NCBI GenBank assembly: GCA_964016885.1
Contig: OZ024743.1
Coordinates: 367,846,001-367,910,000 of the forward strand
Reading direction: 5' to 3'
DNA: 64,000 bases
Source of the DNA: Eledone cirrhosa
Taxonomy: Eukaryota
This document shows positions 22,831-36,093 of the stretch, one piece after another. Each line of letters opens with the position of its first letter. Position 1 is the first letter of the stretch. A program made the position numbers and the translations under genes. A model generated the notes under the pieces. It searched no databases. It was not told the origin of the DNA and was given only the letters and a program-made list of their open reading frames with translations.

Positions 22831-24177
22831 TTATAATTATATTTTTCAAACACATAATTAGGTATATTTAATATTGAGTTGTTGAATACTAAGCACAAAC
22901 ACTAAATTCAAAAAAGACGATAATTTCCAAAATAAATTTTTATTTTAGAATTGTATTTGAAGGGTAAATAATTTTATAGGAATCTGTTAGTAATTTAATT
23001 TCTGACAAATATTACATTTCATTGAGCTTAGATTTGTAAAAAAAAAGTCTCTTTTCATATGACAGTTCAACACTTCACAAAATTTATTGCTTTTGTACTA
23101 ATATTCAATGTTTTATACAATTACAAATTTAATCTTTTCACTGAAATCTTAAAATAGTTATGAATTATGCAACAATATAAAAGGACTCCAAAGTCTATTG
23201 CAGTAAAGATGCATAAAAATTATCTTTCATATATCTTCATCTTCCCCATGTAACCATGTGAAAAATATAAAAGAATACAAGTTATCTAACTGCTTTTTTG
23301 AAGGTTTTCATGCTGATATTGTTTGGCTTTATGTTACTTAAATGTAAATTGTTATTTTTCTTTATTTTGAAATGAATTCTAAGCAATGGATGGAATAAAT
23401 GTGTGATTAAGTGACCACAGAATCATTTGCTATTCTTAATCAGATACTACTGGATAGAATTGCAATATTAAGATATAAACCAGTGAGTAAAATCATATAT
23501 ACCTCATAGATATAATCAAATATGACGTTGATAGATACCTAAAAATGTAAGAGCAATATCATGTAGCAGTTGCATGTATATAATTACATGTATATATTTC
23601 TTTGTTGAATAGTTTTGTGGTTTAGTTCATACATATGTAAAAAAATTATACACACATACACACACACATGGTGGCTGCCAACTCGTTTTCGAGTACGGCC
23701 ACTACTTTATATCCATGTAGGAGAACCCCTACCGATGCGCTGAACGAGTGTGACTTTTCAGTCCAGCCAGCGACTTGAAAACTCTAGTACAAACACTACA
23801 CTTGTGACAATGATTGACACACAGTGCTGGGCCCATGGTACCATGTGACGACAAGTGCAGAGAGATCTCCAGATATAAAGCAATGCCTGTGTCGTGAAGC
23901 TTTTATAGTGAGCAAAGGCACTGCACAAAGCCAGCCCCACTCTCTTAACACACATACATACACACATACACATACATACGTACATACACACGTACATATA
24001 CACATACACACAAATACATACATACACATACATACACATGCATCTACATATGTATGTATGTACATACATATACATACATACACATGCATACATATACATA
24101 CATACTTACATACATATATTAAGTGTAATGAATTCTTTTACAATGGAATTAGCTCAAAAGGAAATATTCCTGAGCCG

Positions 24178-24908
24178 TGTATAAAAGTAATATATATGAG
24201 TAATATATGTGATGAAACAGATACCAACACATCTGTATTTATATTGCAAAAGAAAATTAGCCAGAATGAAGAATATTAATTATTTTACCACAGTTCGTCC
24301 ACATCGATTTAAAATAATAAATCGACAAAAACTAGCTGCGCTGCCAAATGGCTATGATGTTTATACATATTTAAATTTCAAAATCAAACCTGTTCCGTAG
24401 ATAAGTTTAAACCTTAAAATCCAAACATGTTTCGAGATGAATAAGTGTATAAGTGTAGGAATATCTTGCCACTGCTCTCCTCAGTAAACATCCAGAGACA
24501 ATTGATAAGCTTCACTTCTAAATAATTTAAAAGACTGTGTGACGCACATGGGTTCACAGATTCAAGCTAGTCTCATAACCGTACTGCTAGAAATAACAGT
24601 CGTGAGGAGAGCAGTGGCATGATATTCCTACACTTATACACTTATTCATCTCGAAACATGTTTGGATTTTAAGGTTTAAACTTATCTACGGAACAGGTTT
24701 GATTTTGAAATTTAAATATGTATAAACATCATAGCCATTTGGCAGCGCAACTAGTTTTTGTCGATTTATTATTTTAAATCGATGTGGACGAACTGTGGTA
24801 AAATAATTAATATTCTTCATTCTGGCTAATTTTCTTTTGCAATATAAATACAGATGTGCTGGTATCTGTTTCATCATATATATTACTCATATATATTACT
24901 TTTATACA
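24178..24908. repeat. Fold-back element, ~305-bp near-identical arms with hammerhead motif
   Basis: 24178-24483 is the inverse of 24603-24908, with a ~120-bp spacer. Duplicated ORFs 24209-24400(+) and 24686-24877(-) confirm the inversion. Confidence 0.93.
24420..24490 (-). ncRNA. Hammerhead ribozyme motif with long stem-II loop
   Basis: Minus strand: CTGAGGA GAG...CTC GAAA CATGT t (palindromic ACATGT). The right-arm copy starts at TGAGGA (24603) and lacks the first core C. Confidence 0.7.
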
Positions 24909-25752
24909 TACATATATACATACTTATACATACATATACATACATATACATACATACATATACATTCAAACACATGCATCTATATCTATATGTGTGTGTG
25001 TGTAGGTGTGCGTGTGTCTGTAAGTGTGTGCGTAAGTGTGTGTAAATGTGCATGTTTGTGTGTGTAAGTATGTGTAAGTGTGTGTATGTGTGTGCATGTG
25101 TAAGTATGTGTATGTGTGTGTGTGCATTATATATTACAACAAAGCAGGCAAAATTGATTATCATTATGAAAAAGGTTTCATTGCCTTTTTTTTTACATTT
25201 CCAACTGTGGGAATGGATCCACTGACAGTTTCAACAAGGAGTAATCAGTTGTTCTAGCTACTGTATATCCTGCTTGTTAAAGTAATGTATAAGTAGGTGA
25301 GTATTCTACAGAAACATCTATTGTTACCATCATTCACAAGCAGAATGAGTGTGACACAATGTAACAAGGTTGAACCTTTGAATTAAGGATACAATCCATT
25401 CAATGAGATTCTACAATTTCTGTCTATTCAATTTCATTCAAAGGCTTGAATTGGTCAGAGACTATGTTGTACCAAGAACCTCATGATCATATATATATAT
25501 ATGTATATCCAGCTGTAGAAAACCCGCCAGACAGTTCACGCTGTAATGTGGCCGTGTAGGTAACACGGTAAAAACCTCCCAGCCCCACACTGTAAATGTG
25601 GTTGGTGTTTGGAAGGGCATCCAGCTGTAGAAAACCCGCCAGACAGTCCTATGCGAGCAAGACAATCACTCTTGCCTCAAGTGGGAAAACCCCCGTCCAA
25701 ACCCATGCAAGCGTGGAACACGGACGTTAAACGATGATGATGATGATGATGA

Positions 25753-25790
<38 letters not shown>

Positions 25791-25975
25791 CGTTTCTGAA
25801 TTTGTTTAGCAAGATTCTTTATCGGAAAACGTGTGTTGAAACTGATATTGTTATACTTTGGGAGGGTCATGTTGCCAATAAGAAACACATGCACCAGTTG
25901 CTTTCACTTCAATTTATTATAAATTTCCGGTTGGTTGGTTGGTTGGTTCCACAACGCGGTGGTTGTTCATATATT

Positions 25976-26017
25976 GTCAAAGTCTTTCGTCACACATTCT
26001 GTGACCTCTTCAGTGAC
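25976..26017 (-). ncRNA. Hammerhead ribozyme in 3' pLTR
   Basis: GTCA CTGAAGA g GTCACA gaatg TGTGAC GAAA gactt TGAC. Confidence 0.8.
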
Positions 26018-26213
26018 TGGGGATTCTTTTCTTTGTTTTGTGCCTCTCCTTTGTTCTGTCCTACGCCATCTTGTTTTTGTTTTTTTTGTTTGTGTTGTGT
26101 GCTTAGTTTGCGCATGTGTTACATCCGGGTGTCCGTGTGTGATTTTTATTTGTTTATTTACATGTTACTAGTTAGTTGTTTGTTCTATGTGTGTGTGTGT
26201 TTTCATTTTGTCC

Positions 26214-27040
26214 TTAATTGTAAGTTGTGATGTTGCTGTTCCATTCATGTTTCCTCTTTAATTTTGGTTGGAGTTCATTTATGTTTATTGCCTCTGTGAT
26301 TTGTCTAAACATTGCGTCTTTTCTGTGTGTAGATTTTGTTTTTATTTCTATGTTCTCTAATTTGCCCTTATGTTCTATCTTAGCATGTTGGTGGAGTACT
26401 GATGACTCTTTTCTATCTTGAATCTCTCGCCAGTGTTCATTTAATTGTTCTCCTATACTACGAGCTGTCTCACCTATGTACATTATATTCTTATCTTTAC
26501 ATTGTCCCTCAGTACATCTTATGCTATATACTATGTTTCTAGTTTTACAGTTAATATGGGGGCTTAGTTTACAGATTATGCATTTCTTATCTATACAGGG
26601 AGGTCTTTGAAAAGGGTATGTATTACTAATAAGTGTTTTTGTGGAGGCACTTGGTCTTTCCACTATCTTAATATTGAGTTTATGTTTATCAAGGGCCCTT
26701 CTAAATTTGTAAGCTAATTCACTTCTAGGGGTTGTATTGATGAACATTACACTCTGGTATTTATTGTTATCATACCATGAGTTTATTTTATTAATCTTAT
26801 TCCTAGTTCTTTCTATTCTATTCCAAAATTTGCTCCTATACAAGAGGCAGGTCCCATTTGTATCATTATTTACCATTTTTTCCCATTTGGTTCTGGCTCC
26901 TCTATATACTCTGATTTTATCTCTCTGATTGTAACCAGAGAACTGCATACGGTGGATGAAGTGTTTTATGTGTCTCTCTAGTTCTTTGGGGTTGCACATG
27001 CAGGACATGTTCCTCATCACCCTTACTAAATCCGCAATCA
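26214..27040 (-). pseudogene. Penelope RT-thumb/linker plus Cys knuckle plus GIY-YIG endonuclease (truncated ORF)
   Basis: CIDKKCIICK..NCKTRNIVYSIRC..MYIGETARSIGEQLNEH..HAKIEH..RQITEAININE. The ORF-track N-terminus (27158-27040) is read-through of the inverted pLTR. Confidence 0.9.
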
Positions 27041-27098
27041 AACAAGATGGCGTAGGACAGAACAAAGCAGAGGTACAAAGCAAAGAAAAGAATCCCCA

Positions 27099-27141
27099 GT
27101 CACCGAAGAGGTCACAGAATGTGTGACGAAAGAACTTTGAC
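27099..27141 (+). ncRNA. Hammerhead motif in inverted pLTR (core mutated to CCGAAGA)
   Basis: GTCA CCGAAGA g GTCACA gaatg TGTGAC GAAA gaactt TGAC. Confidence 0.65.
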
Positions 27142-28299
27142 AATATATGAACAACCATCCAGTTGTGGAACCAACCAGCCAGAAATTTATAATAAATTGA
27201 AGTGAAAGCAACTGGTGCGTGTGTTTCTTATTGGCAACATGACCCTCCCAAAGTATAACAATATATATATATATATATATACATACATATCATCATCATC
27301 ATCACCGTTTAACATTCATTTTTCCATGCTGACATGGGTTAGACAAGTTATCCTGTTGTGAGCAATGCCAGGTCAGGTCACCATCTCTAGCAATACAGAA
27401 CTGGATATATATATCCAGTTCACCATGTAAGGTGGTCATGTAGGTGTCATGACAAAAACTGCCCAGTCCACACTGTAATGTGCTCATTTGGGTAACACAA
27501 CAAAAAGCACCCAGTCCACACTGTAAAGTAGTCATCTTGATGTCATGACAAAAATCACCCAGTCCACACTGTGGTTGGCATTAAGGAGGGCATCCAGCCA
27601 TAGAAACCAAGCCAGAAACAGTTCTGTATGAGCAAGACACGGTTATTTGATCTCGCTTGTCTCACAATGGGACAACTCGTCTAACTCATGCTAGTGTAGG
27701 AAAATACCTGTTAAATGGTGATGATGATGATATATATATACATCATTTTATGTATGTATATTAGGCTTTTCATATTTATAGGGAAAAATTGTTGGAATCA
27801 CCTCATGTTGATTGCGCCCTGAATACATTTCACATAAAACCTACCAATTCAAAAATATAAGGAGATACAGATATATTAAAGGGTTGCACTGTTTGGTGCT
27901 TTTTGAATGCTATGCCAAAATATGTAAAAAGTTTACTTCAACACTTGTTGATTGTAGCTAGGTTGCATTCTTTGTCCTTTTCCCCCCGTGTACATGCAGG
28001 GGACATTCCTACTGTTTATAGGATCCTAAATGGAAAAGAAATGAACCATAAATTTTAAATATGTGTGTAGAAATAATTTTACATCAGTGATTGGTTTTCA
28101 TTGTTCACATTGATGAGATGAGCTTTTCGATATTTTTTTGATAATTCAGCAAGATAATGTGTTAACAATAAGATTATAATGTTCATTGCATTGTTGGTTC
28201 AGTGCTGGTTTGGTTAGCAAGAAATAAAAACACTGGTTTTTTTCAAGTTCCATCCGTTGTTATAAAGTCTAAAATTCATTGATTTTGATTTTCATCTTT

Positions 28300-29825
28300 C
28301 ACAGAGAATAAGAAAATGGAAATCAGAAAAGCCCTTTGGCAGTTTGAGAAAAACCCAACTCATACATGACCCCCTTCAAACAAGTGCTCTTGTGTTTTCT
28401 CTACAATCACATCAACTCAGAGAGACAATTTCAGTTGCCTTAAAAAAACACTAACTGAAGATCCAGGAAGTATGGGAAAAAGCAAAAAAACCCTTCTAAA
28501 ACAGAAAAGAATATCCACACTGCACTCAAGAAATTGTATAAGGAGTATCAAGAACAGACAAAAGAAAAATCAAAGTGTCAGATTTGGAAAGGAGATCTTA
28601 AAGAAATTTTTGACATTGCAAGCCAGGATGTTCTTGAACGAAAGGATGTCCTATCTGAAGACAAAGCTTTCCTTGAAACTTAGCAGGAAGATTGGATGTT
28701 TTCATTGATGGCTAGTGTTGATGAAGAACATGTGAGAGCCATTCAGAAGACGGAAAAGAAGATTCATGATATGAAAGTAAGAGAGTGAAAGCAGGATGAA
28801 GACTAGAAGATGTCTGAGAAAGTAGCTCTTGAAAGTTCATCATCCAACTCATCTATTATGATGATGATGATGAAATCTTCAAGTCAACATTGCCTCAAAA
28901 ACTCACCTCGAAAAAAGCCTTTTCTTGCCGCCTCTTTCATTGCCAAGTGGGAACGGGAGAAACTACTGGTATGACAAGATAGTAGTTCTTAAATTGCAAT
29001 TGTTCAACTGTTTATCGAGCAACAATAACTCACTGTGTGAAAATAGCTCAGGAAACTGAGTTATCTGCTTTCCTATCTGAAGACAGATCCTGGCTAGTCC
29101 ACCACTGGGATGGAGAATTATTACCATTGGCTTGCAGATCCAGAACACTCAAAGGTCGGATTGCAGTTTTAATTACAGGAAAAGGAAAGGAGAAGCTCTT
29201 AGGTGTTCACATTGCAAGAGATGGAACCAGACAACAAATCGCTGAAGTTGTTCTGAAGGAAATTCTACGACTCAAAATTGAGGTTAGAATAACTGGTGTC
29301 CTTCCACACCACCGCCAGTTACACTGGCATGCACCAAGGAGCTAATTAGAAAATTGAAGCAGCTCTGAAAAAATCCCTTTTGTTCTGGCTTGCCATCATC
29401 ACATTCTTGAACTGGTTTTGAAGAAAATCTTTGAGATATTTTCCAATCAACTGGTCCCAGTATCCCAATGTTCAAAAAGTTCCAGGAACATTGTGACTCC
29501 ATTGATAAGTCTTATTATCAAACTATCCTGGATGATGATGAGCCCATGGAAGATTTTTACAAGCAAAAGAGGGAGATGGTTGAATATCTACTGACTGCAC
29601 AGCTTTCTGGAGATCAGCCTCCAAAAGCCTATGTCAAGTTCATAAAGCTCTCCTATCTCTATTTTGGTGGTTGGTCATCTCCCCAAGTTTACCTTCGCTG
29701 TCTCAGGAGCTTACCACCACACTTGTTGGATGGCTAAGACAATCTATGGGATCAAGATAGTTCTGTTCAAAGAACAACTTAAGCTTATCCCATGTGAGTT
29801 CAGAGATCTGGAAAAAGTTGTTCCT
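28300..29825 (+). mobile_element. Decayed DNA-transposon transposase (hAT-like, probably hATm group)
   Basis: VHHWDGELLP..EKLLGV..DGT; HTTASYTGMHQG; HHILELVLK; STGPSIPMFKKF; GAYHHTCWMAKTIYGIKIVLF, across frameshifts. The element may begin at TTAGG 27761. Confidence 0.7.
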
Positions 29826-29844
29826 GGTAATAAATTTCTTTTCT

Positions 29845-30500
29845 TTTTCGCCCACTTATTCCTGAGGGGGTCATGGGGGAGAGTCCTCAAACACTCCTTC
29901 CAGCAGGTCCTGTCAGAATCAAATGTCTCCAACTGATCCTGTTCGATACTCAAATGAGACAAGCCAAACTCATGGATGTTATCCAACCATCATGCTCTGG
30001 CTCTACCCCTGGGTCTCCTGCCAGTTAGTTTTGACTGTAAAATCTGTCCAGCGATTCTTACTTGAGACATTCTAACCATATACCCTTAGTATCGGAGCAG
30101 TAATCTCTCAATTCAGAGAAGTAGCAGCTCTACCTGGAGTAACTCTGATCTCCGAGCTACACACTCTATTGAGTAACTTTACTCCAAACACCCTTTGGAG
30201 AAACCCCATTTTGGATGCTTGTATTCATGATCGTATTCTTTCGGTCATTGCCGAAGATTCATGACCAAATGTAAGGGTTTGCAAGAATACCGAATTTAAG
30301 ATAGCGAGTTTGGCTTTTACACCTATCTCCCTTCTTCTGATTACCGAATACTGAAGCTGGCACATTACTGCACCAGCTTCTGCAATTCTTGCACTTAATT
30401 CAGCCTCCTGCCTTCCACCACTCATGGACACGGCCCTGAGATACTTGAACTTCTCCAATTGACTCAGCAGAACTCCATTCGCATGTAGAGTATACATGTT
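29845..30500 (-). mobile_element. Expander/Rex3-like RTE LINE 3' end
   Basis: QLEKFKYLRAVSMSGGRQEAELSARIAEAGAVM..KAKLAILNSVF..CWKECLRTLP. Confidence 0.8.
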
Positions 30501-31850
30501 GGCACAGATCACCTGACATGGAAAGGTGTGATTAAAAGGAACGGTGACCCCGATCTAAATATGAATGGAAAGGCTTTATTAAACTTCTGTTCTAGCAATG
30601 AACTCTCTATTATGAACACCTTCCAGCACAGAGACATCCATAAATATACATGGTATAAGGGGATTCAGGGACAGAGATCAATAATTGATTTTGTTATTGT
30701 CTCTGATCACTTTGATTCTGTGTTGGATGTTCGTGTTAGAAGGGCTGAGCTGTCAATTGATCACTCTCTAGTTATCTGTAACTTGAGACTACTTAAAACT
30801 TAAGAAGCCCACAAAACTGGCAGGTCCAGGTACAGGATAAAGTGGGAAGCTTGATGGATAAGTAAGTCAGGATCAGGTATGCAGATACTATTGCATCTAA
30901 ATTCACAGTACTCCTTGAGCAAACTGAGGATGTTGAGACAGAGTGGAGATTGTTCAGCTCAGCAGTTTCTGCTTCAGCTGTTAAATGCTGTGGATGAAAG
31001 AGGCTTGGTGTGGTGCTGGGTGGCAGGAGGACCCTTTGGTTCAATCAAGGGGTAAAATATGCTATCCAAGCAAGGAAGGAGGCCTACAAAGCTTGACTTG
31101 GAAAGAAGTCCTCCTTCTCACACTTGTGGTACAAGCAGGCATGAAGAATTGCAGCAGAGAGAGTAATGACATCCAAAGTTAAGGCATGGGAGGACTTTGG
31201 GGTTAAGCATCCGACTTCAGATCAGCAAATAAAGTGTTCCGGCAGACCACCCGCTGACTTCGTAATAAGAAGTCCTCCTCTATGCCTGCTATCAGGAACA
31301 TGTCTGGGGTTCCTCCTTTTTTCAGAGAGGTACATCCTCGCAAGGTGGAAAGAATACTTTGCTGATCTCCTAGACCTGATCACAACAGCATCTGGGAGCA
31401 GTGACTAATCTCTCGGAGGCTTAGGTCACAAGAGCAGTTAAAGAGCTCAAATGTTGCTAGGCCATTAGGGAAGATGAAATCAAGCTAGAGATGTTAAAAG
31501 CCTTAAATAGAGAAGGTATTTTCTGGCTGACCCGTGCATGCTGAGTGGCTTGGATCTTTTGAAAGGCACCTAAGCAATGGGAACCGGGAACGATAATCCC
31601 AATTTTCAAAAAGGGAGACAAGAGAGATTGCTCCAATTACAGAGGGACCTCCTTGTTATGGTTCCTTGGTAAACTCTATGTCAGGAAAAGAGATGTAGGG
31701 ATATTGTTGAGTCCAAGCTAGCTGATGAATAGTATGGTTTTCACTCTGGATGCAGCACAGCTGACCAAATACTCACACTGCTGCAGGTCTTTGAGAAATT
31801 ATAGGTGTATTGCCAAGAGGTTTATTCTTGTTTTGTAGACCTTGAAAAGA
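30500..31850 (+). mobile_element. Expander-like LINE APE/RT fragment, inverted relative to the adjacent 3' end
   Basis: NMNGKALLNFC..IMNTFQHRDIHKYTW..SIIDFVIVSD..SIDHSLV; later IIPIFKKGDKRDCSNYRG and CFVDLEK. Confidence 0.8.
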
Positions 31851-33829
31851 CCAACAATAAATTTCCAGTTATAAATTTCATCTATAAAAAGTGTTTCTCA
31901 ATTTAACCCTAATATTATTGTGTATTTAGAACATATTCACCTACTTAATTTCATTTCATCTCATGGTTTCTATAACTAGATGTAATACTTAATGCCAACC
32001 ATTTTGCAGAGTGTACTTGTGCATTTTATCATGGCACTAGCACTAAAGATATGTCTTGTCCTAGATATAGCTGAAGAACCCTCTCTACCCATTTTAGGTA
32101 TGGTTTCTAATAGCTAGATGACCTTCTTAATGTTCAAATGTCAACCACATTACAGAGGTTGCCAGGTGTTTTTATAGTGGAATCAACACTAGAAATCTCA
32201 CATTGTTCTAAGGTAAACATGATAAAGAGTGGAAATGAAAGAGATATAGTGGCTAAAAAGATTGTCACTGTGTTCCAAGGCTGTCTGGTTAGTAGTGAGG
32301 AAGATAAAGTGATGGGACTACATGCTGGCTATTGGCAGGGGGTTGACTACAGGAACATGAAGAAGGAGAGGGATGGACAGCGGTAAAGTGATGGTGCCAT
32401 CTGAGAGGATAGAGAGAGAGAGAGAAAGGGTAATGATGGCCAGTGGTAGAAGGTGCTGTTACTAAGAAGGGAAAGAGTTATCGAGAATGATGGTTGAAAT
32501 AGCCAGAAAGATAGATGGATGGTGGCAGAAGTATAGTGATAATGATAATAATAGTGGAGGTATAAAAATTGAATATAGCCATACCTTTTTGCATTGTGGC
32601 ATCGCACAGAGTTCAATAGAAGAGATAAACGAGAAGGGAAGGGGGTTATATTGAACAGATGAAGAAAGTAGGATAAAAGGACTTAATAGAAGTATGTAGG
32701 GTACATTGCTTGTATATAATGTATATGACTCTTCTCCAGCTCTGCATGCTGCGAATCATCACATTCCTTGAAGTTTAGCTTTTGGGGGTCCCTGTCAATT
32801 GCCTTTTCCAGATTGACAAGTTCTAAGTATAGGGGTTTATTCCTAACTCAGTAATTCTCCTGAAGTTGTCCTACCAATAAGATGGCATCTGTAGTCCCTC
32901 CATCAATGTCTTGCCTCAGCCTGGAATCAATTGCATTTGCTAACATCTGCATCCCATATACAACTCTGATTTTAAATTTGATTTGTTTGGGGGGTTTTTC
33001 AGTAAATTTTTTCTACCTTTTGTTATTTACATGTCCCCTTTTTTATTCTATTATTTTAAATTGCATTACTTTATATATCAACATTTATATTTACACAAAT
33101 CCCCACCATAAAATGACACTTAACTAATGACTAAGCAATGATGAAGTCATCAAAATGAAATGCGAGTTGTTTGCTCCCATCAAAACTGGCCTCAATCTGA
33201 CTCACCTCATTAGTTCAAAGTTAGCGGACCTGATAGCCAACCAAAGTAGAGAAGGCCCTCTGTTGGGGCTGTACCATATATCTATTATGCTTTCTCAGTA
33301 CCTTAACATGCATCAAGTACTACACTGATCTCATTTGTGTGTGTGTGCATGTGTATATCTATGTGTGTCTGTGTGTCTGTGTCTGTGTGTGTGAATATAT
33401 ATATATATCATCATCATCGTCATTGTCATTGTCGTTTAACGTCCATTTTCCATGCTAGCATACACACACACATGTACACACATATATATATGAGGTGTCT
33501 TTGAATAGTCATCTGACCTGTTCAATGTTACAGGGGAATCCCCCTTTATATTTCTAATGTGTAAACTACATTTTTAAGCTCTGAATTGCAAGAATAGTTA
33601 TTTCATAATAAAGACATAAGGACCAGGGTTAAAAATAACAAGTGAAGATTTTTCATTCAGTTCCACATTTCAGTATCAGATATCTGTTACTAAACAACAA
33701 CAGCAGCAACTAGAACAGCCTAAGCAATAGCAACATTAGCAATCAAAATAGAGGCAAAACAGCACTGCAGAAGCTGGTGCAGTCATGTGCCAACTTCAGC
33801 ATTCAGTCATCAGAAGAAGGGAGGTAAAT

Positions 33830-34466
33830 GTAAAAGCCAAACTTGCTATCTTAAATTCAGTATTCATGCAAACCTTTATCTATGGTCATGAAATTGGGTA
33901 ATGACTAAAAGAATACAATTGCAAACACAAGTGGTTGAAATGGCTTTCATCTAAAGGCTCTTTGGGGTAATGTTACTCGATAAAGTGCATAGCTTGTAGA
34001 TCAGAGAGTTGCTCCAGGTAAAGCTACTACTTCCCTAAATTGAGAAATCACAGCTCTGATATTATGGACAGTAAAGTTACTCAATAGAGTGTGTAGCTCG
34101 GAGATCAGAGTCACTCCAGGTAGAGCTGCTACTTCTCTGAATTGAGAGATTACTGCTCCGATACTAAGGGTATATGGTTAGAATGTCTCAGGAAAGAATC
34201 GTTGGACAGATTTTATGAACAAAATCAACTGGGAGGAGACCCTGGATTAGTCCCCAAGCAAGATGGTTAGATAACATTCATGAGCTCAGCTAGTCCTGCT
34301 TTGGGGATCCAGCCAGAGTCAGTTGGAAATGGTTGCTTCTGACAGGACCTGCTGGAAGGAGTGTTTGAGTACTCTTCCCCCATGACCCTCAATGGAAGAA
34401 GAAGAAGAAGAAGAAGAAGAAGAAGAAGAAGAAGAAGAAGAAGAAGAAGAAGAAGAAGAAGAAGAA
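33830..34466 (+). mobile_element. Expander-like LINE 3' end with (GAA)n tail
   Basis: Homologous to 29845-30330. Internal ~100-bp duplication. (GAA)n at 34395-34466. Confidence 0.8.
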
Positions 34467-35630
34467 GATTCTTTTAAAATGATCTGAGCAAATTTGATGC
34501 AGGTCATCGCTCTCAGCACTATTTAATGATATCATGCATTTTTTATAGTAATGATTTCTTACATCTCTTAACATTATACAATAAGAGACTTCATGATTTA
34601 ATCTACTTGAAATCAAATCAAAAACACTGAAACATTATACAAGCCATACATGTGCTAGAATTAGAATTATCTCTAGCTAACAGTTGTTGGTATAAAAATA
34701 GTAGTGTCAAAAATGTATTTTTTAAGGAAACCAATAGGGTGTCATCAAGGAAACTTGAGTTTGGGTCCATATTTATTTGCACTGTTTACATCTACAAAGG
34801 TCACTTAGTTTAAAGTGTAAATATGTATTTAGCTTTAGTCTAAAATGACATTAGAGTGTAAAACCTAAATGAAACATGCTGGTCTGCCAAATGACAGATC
34901 ACAATTTTATCTTAGTTGAATATTCAAGGCAGTCATGAATATGCACCATCTCCTAATCTATCTATCTCTCTCTCTCCCTCTCACCCATCTGTCTCCCTAT
35001 CCCTCCCCTCTCTTTATGTATGTGTGTATATATTTTTTTTTTACCCAGAATTAGGAAAGAAAACATGATTCTACTGCCATGTTGGATATGGCCATGCTTG
35101 ATATGCTGAAAAGTAGTTGGTAAGATTTCATATGTAGATTATGGATGCAGTTTGTGAAGTATGGATGCACAAGAGGCCTTGTAGAATCACAAGTAAGCTG
35201 ATAGAAAAGGTATCAGAAGCAGTTAGCAGTAAGAATACACATAAAACAAATTCCTGCAAATAGGGTCCTTATAGTTGATAACTTTTCTTAATTAAGTGAC
35301 TTGATTAGCAGGGGAGGTGGATTTTCCAAGTAAAAACAGAAGAGAAAAGGTTCAAGGAGCTGTTATTCTTGCTGACAACAAAGACAATTTCAGAGTGAAA
35401 AAGAGATTGTATGATGCTTGTGTGATGCTGCCTGGTAGTGAGACATGAGCTTTGATTTGATTTGGAAAGGATGGTAAGAAATGTTCTGTTGGATGTTTTA
35501 TGTTAGAATACATGAAAGATGGAGCATAAATGAGATGAAAAACTGGATGTATGAAGAATTAAATGCAGTATGCAAAGAGAAGAGAATTGGCATGAGCATA
35601 TGGTGTATATAGAAGATTTCAGTTGTTTAG

Positions 35631-36093
35631 CCCTTTAGCTTTTTTATTACTCTATATTCTATTCTAAAGCGGGTAAAATTCCCGAGATCCATGGACGAGT
35701 TCTCTCCAGCGGTCTCTGTCCCTCATTATCGCTGTCATGTCCTGCGTCTCCAATAGACCAGTGTCTGTCCTTAGGGCATCAACATACGTTAACCTTGGTC
35801 TTCCTCTTCTAGTGTGTCCATGTAGGGGCTCCCAAAGGAGCACAGAGTGCAATGTCAACTCTGGATGTCGGTGAGCATGTCCAGCTAACCTCAGTCTCCT
35901 CTATATTGGGAATACTCTATATATACTACTGTATTTTTGTGGGAAAGGCTTTATCTCACATAATATTGAATCTATGAGATTTTGATATTATCAATTTTGT
36001 GAACAATACCTTAACATCAGTATGAGCATCAGGTTACAGCTGATTTAAACAGAAAGAGGTGAGATAATTCTGGCCAGTTTAAGTGCTAAAGGA
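35631..36093. mobile_element. piggyBac-type MITE
   Basis: TTAG-CCCTTTAGC ... GCTAAAGGA-TTAA termini (degenerate TTAA TSD, CCCTTTAGC TIR). Confidence 0.65.
35660..35898 (-). mobile_element. RTEX-like LINE 3' fragment inside the MITE
   Basis: RLRLAGHAHRHPEL..LLWEPLHG..RRGRPRLTYVDAL..MRDRDRWRE. ctctatatt direct repeats at 35650 and 35899. Confidence 0.75.

Larger units (their letters stand above)
25787..27262 (-). mobile_element. 5'-truncated Penelope-like element with 3' pLTR and inverted 5' pLTR
   Basis: pLTR on minus at 25787-26080, GIY-YIG ORF, inverted pLTR at 27040-27262. (TA)n on both flanks. Confidence 0.9.

Noticed and set aside
24209-24400. Duplicated 63-aa ORF (also 24686-24877 minus)
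   Set aside because: By-product of the inverted repeat, with no recognisable protein features.
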